A stretch of DNA of 64,000 nt from Zygnema circumcarinatum SAG 698-1b (Eukaryota > Plantae > Zygnematophyceae): positions 2,160,689 through 2,224,688 of the forward strand of contig CM074809.1 in the NCBI GenBank assembly GCA_037447605.1, read 5' to 3'. The stretch's first letter is position 1; every line of letters starts with the position of its first letter. A model generated the notes under the pieces. The model had not been told where the DNA came from. It searched no databases and worked only from the letters and a program-made list of their open reading frames with translations. Positions 56,414 through 64,000 of the stretch are shown here, piece after piece. The position numbers and the translations under genes are program-made.

Positions 56414-58173
56414 GGCAAGACGGACTGTGCTGGTGCAGCAAACCCCTCCAAAGTCGCAGGCCCTCAAGCGACCTAAGGAGTGATGAGAGCTCCAGTGAAC
56501 GAGCCCCCTTCTCGGCCTTTCCCACCGCGACGAGTACTGAGGAAGGCAGGCAGCCGAGCAGCGATCGCTCCAGCTCCCGCAGCTCGCCTTTATCCTTTCC
56601 CCGCCGGCAGTCACTCGTCACCCGCCGGCGCTTGTCAAGCCCACACGTGTAATCGGCCCAGGGACTCCAAGAGCGGACTGCCACGTGTCCGCCTGCTTTG
56701 GCAGTAAGCGCACACCTTTCGGGTTCTGGGTTTCCGATTGGTGAAGGGTGTGCCATGTGGGACTGACGTGGCAGGCTGTGATTGGCTCCCTGTGCTCCGC
56801 AGTCAACGTGAATCTCGGGGGAGGAACGCGGATACCTTTGTTGGTAGTTGTGATGGCCCAAAAATTTACGGCGAACCCGCTCAAATTCATGTGCGAAGTC
56901 TTAAAGAAAACAAATTCAAATTACAAAAATGTACCACAAGAACCCCAAAAAGCTGAAATCTTTCTTTTCGCAGGGGCCCCCGGCTGGCAACTTTGGCAGG
57001 AAAATTTTCCGATTCTGTGCCGCAGTGCTTTTCTGATTTCCCCAACGCGGCCCGGCGTTGGAGGTTCCGGGCGACGCGCCCGAGCATGGGACCAGGGCTC
57101 GTGACGTGACGCGACATGACAACAAGCAACCACGAATGCGCCATTCCCATGGGATGGGGTCCATGGGACCCATGGGAGCCATTGGGCCCGTTGGGAAACG
57201 TGTAGCGTTGGGGAACACATGCCACACGGGACTCGTTGTTTCTGCGGGAATACAAGAGTGAAAATATTGGAAAACCTGCAATGTGCACTTTGCGGGGTGC
57301 TACTGTTCTGCATATGCGATGGGCGCTTTGCATGCGCAGGCACTCGTGCACCACATTCAAAATCGCTGCTGACATCTCTGAGAGTGCTGCGCCTCCCTGC
57401 CAGCCTGCAGGCAGCATGGCCAGTGCGCATGCCCTCATGCACCTCTTCAAAGTGCAATTGCACGCATATGCGCGCATCATAGAAACAGCGAAGGAGACAT
57501 TAGAGCATTCTTTCTCCGTTTCATTCTTAAAGTGCCAGTGAGCTTCAAGAGTGTTGAAAGATGACAAACAACAAAGAGTACCAGACACAACACCGAGGCT
57601 ATTGTACAACGCATAATTGCTTGGGGGACAAGCGCTGTCATCCGGAACAGAAAAAACAGAACGGAACAGAACAGGAATTTGGCTCCGACTGGAAGGAAAG
57701 CTATGCTTAAAAGCCGAAGAATTTTCCCAGCTCGACCTGAGCACGCCTCAGACGGCCGTCCACAAAGTGCCGCATAACAAAGTGTACATTGAAGCCATTT
57801 CCATTTTTTGCTGCCCGCGTGCGAGCGGGCCATGGAGCTGTCCTACTCGGTCCAGGCGAAAGCGAGAGGGTGCGCACGTACCCTCACTGGCAACGGGCAG
57901 CAACCATTGTGCTGCAATACATAGGCTGCTCTCTCCTGCGCCTGAACATCTATACACTGATCAGCTCCTAAGTTTCAAGCCTACATCTGCTCCCATCCTT
58001 CTGGATTTCAAGCATGTGCAGTTGAGCACTTATTTCAGCACCACAAATGACGGCCCAACTGAAACATCTGACAGGAGAAAGCACGGGCTCACGCAGAATT
58101 AAACTTATTTTGAGAAGTTGAGGGGTCATCGGACTCTCCGGAACCCTGCCGCCGCATACATTCTCACAGGGCT

Positions 58174-61100
58174 TCAAGTGCCGGCCTCCCTAAGGAGCCT
58201 TTTCATTGTCTCATAAGTGAGAAATGCGATGCTGACACCGGGAACCACCTTGTAATATTCTGGGATGATTCCGCGGTACAAGGCCAGCCATCCCTCTGTT
58301 CTGACAATATGCGCAAATGTTCCAGGAATGCCCTTCGAGTGCACTGCTGCCCTTTCCCCGGCTCCCTCAAGCTGCATTCTTCGTCGAACAAGGTCCAAGG
58401 GAAAAGTAGCTGCATGCCACCAAATGCGACAAGTCTCAAATGAGTCATTTATTAGGTTATCTGTCTGGAGTGCCTCCTTATTTGTAACCGTACTAGTATC
58501 GAAGGGAGAGGCTCTTTTAGGCAGATAAAGTTATTAATCCTTTGCCCCATACTGGACAATCCCAAGCAGCACATGACCCTAGCTACATAACATGTCAGGC
58601 AAGCAAAAACATATGCAACATGTAGACAAACATTCAGAAATCCTCTCGAAACAATCTCTCACGAGCATGTCCACACCCTCCAGAAAACCGAGGTACCCAC
58701 ACATAGTCATCCTCCCTTTTTCATGCACAATCTGGCAGACGACTGCTCTAGAATATAACGAACAGACAGTGTTTCACACTTCAGACAACATGACCTCACA
58801 ATGAAGAGGCCTTTCTGACAACCATTGCAAGTTGACACAGTGCAGTTGCAGTATCAGGTACAGTTAGTTTGCAAACGCCCCCTTCACTTTTCTGCCCGTC
58901 CTAAAAGAGGAGTCTAGAATGTGACACTGCAGCTCACCTGTGGAGGAGCATAGCCCTGCAAGACTCCCACATGCTAAACTGACTAGCGGTCCAGGACTAT
59001 CCGGGATGGATGCTCCCCATCGGGCTTTCAAAGTCTCATATACACAAAAATTGATAGCAATTGCGGGCCCCACACCCTGCATGAAGACCAAATAGTCAGC
59101 GTCACGCTTCCAAGCAAACCGTAAGGACTTCCAATCAGACTGAAGTTGCTATGCAACCGCAGCCTACAAGACCGTATGGCCTGGCTCAGATCCACATGTC
59201 AGCTAAAGCAAACCAAATGAGACAAGGAGATGCACTTGTAACCTCTGCCAACTTTTTGTGCGTCAGGAGTGGATGCATATATTAGTGAAAATTGCAGCTA
59301 AACGAACACCTATGGTGAGCTTAGAGAAGCTCCATCCCATAAAAACAACCAAGTTGCCGATCGGAACTTCCAGTGCTTCTGTAAACACTGGTTCTACCCA
59401 CTAAAGAGTTCGAGTTGATTAGAGCACCTAAGGGAAAGCGAGTGCCAACAGAATTCAAGTTCCAATTCAAGAAACAGCCATAAGCTGATATAAGCTGAGA
59501 ACGGACGAGGCACCGGCTCACCAGCAGCGTTGCGCCCATGCCCTTGTAGAGGCCGAGGATGCCCTCGTCCCTAGTAATGGTTGCAAGCGTGCCTGCGATC
59601 CCCTTGTAGTATCGCGAGTTTGTCTGTATGGCCCATTCCCTAACATTGAAATAAGTTCTGAGCATGAAATGGAAGTACATAGACGATAAAGTTGATCTGT
59701 TGCACAAGATATCACAACCCATACATTCAGAACGTTATTGAACCAAGTGCGCTTCACGAAGTCCTCTACGTGCCTTTACTTTAGTCCTTCAGAGTTGAAC
59801 AACGCTAAGATGACAAGACAGACAGTGGCAATAGGGACATGATTGGCCCAATTTCTCATTTATCCTCTAGTTTTAGGAGATGAACCTTTCTCAAGGTCCC
59901 AGTGTTTCATGTTCCTTTCCTTAGTTCCGTATCTTCCCAGAATGCCAAAGTTTCCATGTGGTAATTGGTGATCGCCATCTCAAGAATATATAACTTCCCC
60001 ATGGCACTTTTTTGGCCACAGTTTCAGCCAGGTACTTTTAATATATTTCGGTAAATTCGTCATAACATAAAGAGATCTTCATTGCAGACTCTAACGTGCA
60101 TTTTGCTGCATCTATATACAACTTCTTCTTGGCACTCCTTCAGGACTATGATGGTACATGCACAAAAAACCACGCTAATCAATCTGTATGCATGGAATCG
60201 ACATAGTCATGCACTTGCTGGACCTCGGTTGCCCATTTGATGCCCTGGCATGCTTCAACTGGGAAACAACGTCCAAACGATTACAATGGGAAGAATGCTG
60301 ACTTTCCAATCAGTCAACGAAATCAAATTGACAGAAACTATGTTATCTAATGGGAAGAATTCTGACTTTCCAATCAGTCAACGAAATCAAATTGACAGAA
60401 ACTATGTTATCTAATGGGAAGAATGCTGACTTTCCAATCAGTCAACGAAATCAAATTGACAGAAACTATGTTATCTAATGGGAAGAATTCTGACTTTCCA
60501 ATCAGTCAACGAAATCAAATTGACAGAAACTATGTTATCTAATGGGAAGAATGCTGACTTTCCAATCAGTCAACGAAATCAAATTGACAGAAACTATGTT
60601 ATCTACAAATCTTCTCCTTAAGCTGATTGCAATGGGGTCTGGCCATAACACTTGCCTAGCATATGCCGCTATTGACGCAACATTTGCCAATGATGCACCA
60701 AAACTTGGATCAAGAAAGTTGCCACCTAACAATTTCGACAAAGTTTCTCCCTGGTTCTTTCTGGCTGGAATATAATTCATTAAAGGAATGACCCCATACT
60801 GTCACCGCCAAGAACAACTGCCAAAGACTGGTGTCATACCCTCAAAGTGGTGACTGCCAACACATGCAAGTAATGGCTTGCCAATGGGTGGTACGGGATA
60901 GGCGGCCTAGTACGCGACCTAGACTCGAAAGTCTGAGGTCCGCTCCCATTAGACACTTAAGTTGACATCGTCTCTAGAGGGAAATTCTGATTACGAGCTA
61001 TACAATCAAGCGCGTCACCTTTCTTCTTTCTTGCAACGTATAACGGTCTAATGCAGCCTATTTTTCTCAGAAAGAAACAATTTGCATGATAGCACAAAAG

Positions 61101-63243
61101 GACTTTCATGTGAATCACTGGCAGTTATAACGGAACTCGTTTCAGGCAAAACCCAACCCATCCTGGTCAGTGACGTACCTGAGCAGCTAACCTTGTTCGA
61201 ACCAAGTCAAGTGGGTACGTCAAGGATGCTGCTGTGACTCCTGCACCTCCTCCAGCTATCAACTTGATCCCCACTCCCACAGAAAGGCTTTCCTTCTCCC
61301 TATCCACCCCTGCCATTTTAATCAAGTACTGCCCAGTCCACCACAACCAGACGAGAAAGCGTGGGCCCATGGTCAGGCTATGAAAGGCTACAAATATAAT
61401 TCCTCGTCATGTTTTGATGCTTTACGTAAATACACAGAATCTCCCTCGAAAAACATCAGCATACAATTGCGAAATATGCAACAATTTATATTAGCGGTCA
61501 GACTTCCTAGAAGTGTATTGACCAGGCACGCGACCTGGTGTCCAAAAGGAGCGCAAGAAGCTTTGAGAACGGAGAACGTAATTCACTTGAACCGGGTCAG
61601 TTTTCTTCACCAAAAGGCCTTTTATCTTCAAAACTGAGCTCGGAGTTCACTATTCTAGAGACCAGGCAACAAATATGTTCTCGTTACTTCTTGTGCCCAA
61701 CGGATGTCCATATTGGAGAAATAAGGTAGAAGGTTTGAATGAAACAAGATCGTAACAATTCCAGTGGTTCAGTGGTTCATCAGGCTGGCTGGAAGTTTTT
61801 TCAGTGGTATGAATTATCTCTCACACTTTAGACTGCTACTTACAGATTTATATTTCTCATAAGCGAAGAAATTAATGGCCGAATAGGGTAGACGATGCAC
61901 GATTGTCACAACGTTCCCTTTCCAAAAGGCTGTGAAACCTTCTTCTCGTAAAATTCTTGCAGCTTCCTTCATAATACTTGGCCTTTGCAACCGCATCCCC
62001 GGAGCTGCTCGCATGCCTTCAACCTGGAATTTGCAAACCGCTAGTGATTGCTCAATTTCTCCTAACTTTCTAAAAAGATCAAACCCCAACGAGGCGAGAA
62101 AAAAATCCAGAAATGGCTTGACATCTCTGGCAATCCTGGGATTCACCAGCACACTATAAACACACTGTTATTGTTCCCTCCCAGCTGGAAAAACTATACT
62201 GGCAGCCTGCAAACAAGCCCTCAGAATGCCTAGGGAAAAGTTGAAGAAGCCTGAATCTCTATCTCTGTTATGGCAGACAGCAGCCCAGGCACTGTCAGCT
62301 GTATGACAACACTGCTTACCTGAAAAAGTATTGTCAATCTAGAAAGAGGAGCCGTACAGGTTTTGCTGATTGCTCCTGCCACACCTCCTGCGAGAAGCTG
62401 TGCGGCTGTACTCAGCTGCACAGGCCTGACTACCGACTCTGTCGCTTCTGGGCTCAGTCTTTCTAAGTCGTCTACTCGAGGTTGCGGCGGCAATGCATGA
62501 TCGGGCCTGCAGAAATGGACAAGCAGACCCGTCTTTACAACTTTCACATTCAAAGAATTGAAAGACAGGGGAGGAAAACACGAAGTGGAGAACAGAAAGG
62601 GAAAAACCACCTAAAACTACACGCTCGTGCCTATGAGATAAGTTTCCTAAACAGGAACATCTCTATTACATCATATAAAAGTAGGACGCTTGAAGCATAA
62701 GAATGATACCTATTTATACTATTGTCTATTTATTTATTTTATTTATCTATTCAGTTTATAGATTGAGAAACAAACTAACGATAAGCATTCCTCCCGATTT
62801 TTCTCTCATTAGGAGCCATAAAAATTAGAAAGAATTGCCTTAAAATGCAAGGAAGGCATTAACGACAAAACATTCTCACGTATGTCCAAAAAAAATACCT
62901 CGAGTACAACAAGACAAAAAAAAGGGTTAAGCGTTTCAAGAGGCGTCATGAATTTATCAAAAGGAAAATGCGCTCATTTGACATTTTTCACAAAGGAGTC
63001 ACGTTCTGACTTGATTTGTCAACTCCTGTCTGTGAAGCAGAAGGTATCGCTCTTGCAGTACCTAATGGGTTCATCTTCCGCCAACACTGCAGGAGCAGCG
63101 CGACTGTTGTCGTGGATGCCTCCCACTGAGCCCACCCGAGACTTTCCCAGTTGCGGGATACTCGCTGAATTCGAAGATACGCCCCCCCCGTGACCTGGAT
63201 GCAGGCGCGACTCCGCCGCTGCGTCTACGTGCATGACGGCCAT
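58174..63243 (-). CDS. Mitochondrial substrate carrier (SLC25, adenine-nucleotide/CoA-carrier-like clade), 7 exons, ~391 aa
   Basis: Exons 63243-63062, 62506-62320, 62023-61844, 61328-61179, 59623-59522, 59076-58938, 58409-58174 (1176 nt). Three carrier repeats: APLSRLTILFQ...FWKGN, YPLDLVRTRL...LYKG, FPLDLVRRRMQ...LYRG. Confidence 0.95.
60285..60604. repeat. 64-bp tandem repeat x5 in carrier intron 4
   Basis: Units start at 60285, 60349, 60413, 60477 and 60541 and are identical except for one alternating G/T. Confidence 0.97.
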
Positions 63244-63685
63244 GCGCGAGGAACCCTAAACTTCAGCACAGAGACCTCACCTTCGCCAGCAAACTACACG
63301 CTGCGCGATGCAACTTCCACAGCTTCTACCAAATCCTTCAATTACTGAACATAAAAGTTTCCGGCCGAATTTCTCAAACGCTCCCTATAGAACTTAAAAT
63401 AACGAACCATGCAGCCGGAAGTACGAACGAAGCTCTAGCAGTCTCAACGTACGCACTAAGCAGCCGATAGCCCCTCGTCTCCTCCCTCCACCTCCCTCCA
63501 CCTCCCTCCACCTCCCTCCCTCCCGCCCGCCCGCCAGCGCCTGAGCGGGCAGGGCAGCTCAAGAGGCCTCCCGCGCCGCAAATAATGATTCTGCAGCGTT
63601 CCATGCGCGCCGCCCCGTTCTACGGGACGGGCGGCCGTTCCAGCTTCGTCCTCCGCCCGCTGGCGCCTCCCCTTCACCTCGCACT

Positions 63686-63774
63686 CGTCCGTCCGTCCGT
63701 CCGTCCATCCATCCGTCCGTCCGTCCGTCCATCCGTCCGTCCGTCCGTCCGTCCATCCGTCCGTCCGTCCGTCC
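63686..63774. repeat. (CGTC)n microsatellite upstream of the carrier gene
   Basis: Direct reading, with occasional CATC variants. Confidence 0.92.
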
Positions 63775-64000
63775 ACTACGCGGCTAGGGCCAAACCAAAG
63801 ACATGAAAATTGGCATTGGCGTTCACAAAATCATTTCAAGGCCGTACTAGCGGTACAAAATTTCGATCAATGCTGAACTGCCACGTGTCTAATTCTGTCT
63901 ACGTGGCATGTTTCCATTATTTGGAAGATACAGTACTCGATTTACAGTAAGCGATGGTCGAGGTCTGAGGAAAATTGGGCGAAAATCTTGGAATTTGAAA

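Overview
Eukaryotic, intron-rich nuclear DNA from the green-plant lineage. The proteins resemble land-plant orthologues; a streptophyte alga is my guess, not proven. I assembled six intact spliced genes by hand from GT/GC-AG boundaries, and all reading phases close: a PDK/BCKDK-family kinase (+, 9 exons), a plastid-type alpha/beta-hydrolase (+, 13 exons), THO2/THOC2 (-, 32 exons), a MINDY/FAM63 deubiquitinase (-, 12 exons), a GH16 EG16-like endoglucanase with a signal peptide (-, 6 exons, almost invisible in the ORF track) and an SLC25 mitochondrial carrier (-, 7 exons). The window opens in a 27-bp hairpin-monomer satellite that carries an exon-like insert. The 34.6-47.2 kb interval is a repeat nest. 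It holds a TRIM whose LTRs contain a tRNA-like Pol III module, an intact Ty1/copia element, a CRE-type RLE non-LTR element with an in-frame deletion through its RT active site, a hairpin-rich non-coding repeat complex and a degenerate Argonaute N-domain fragment. Four 10-N gaps limit the boundary calls. All homology statements rest on motifs recognised from memory; no database search was run.
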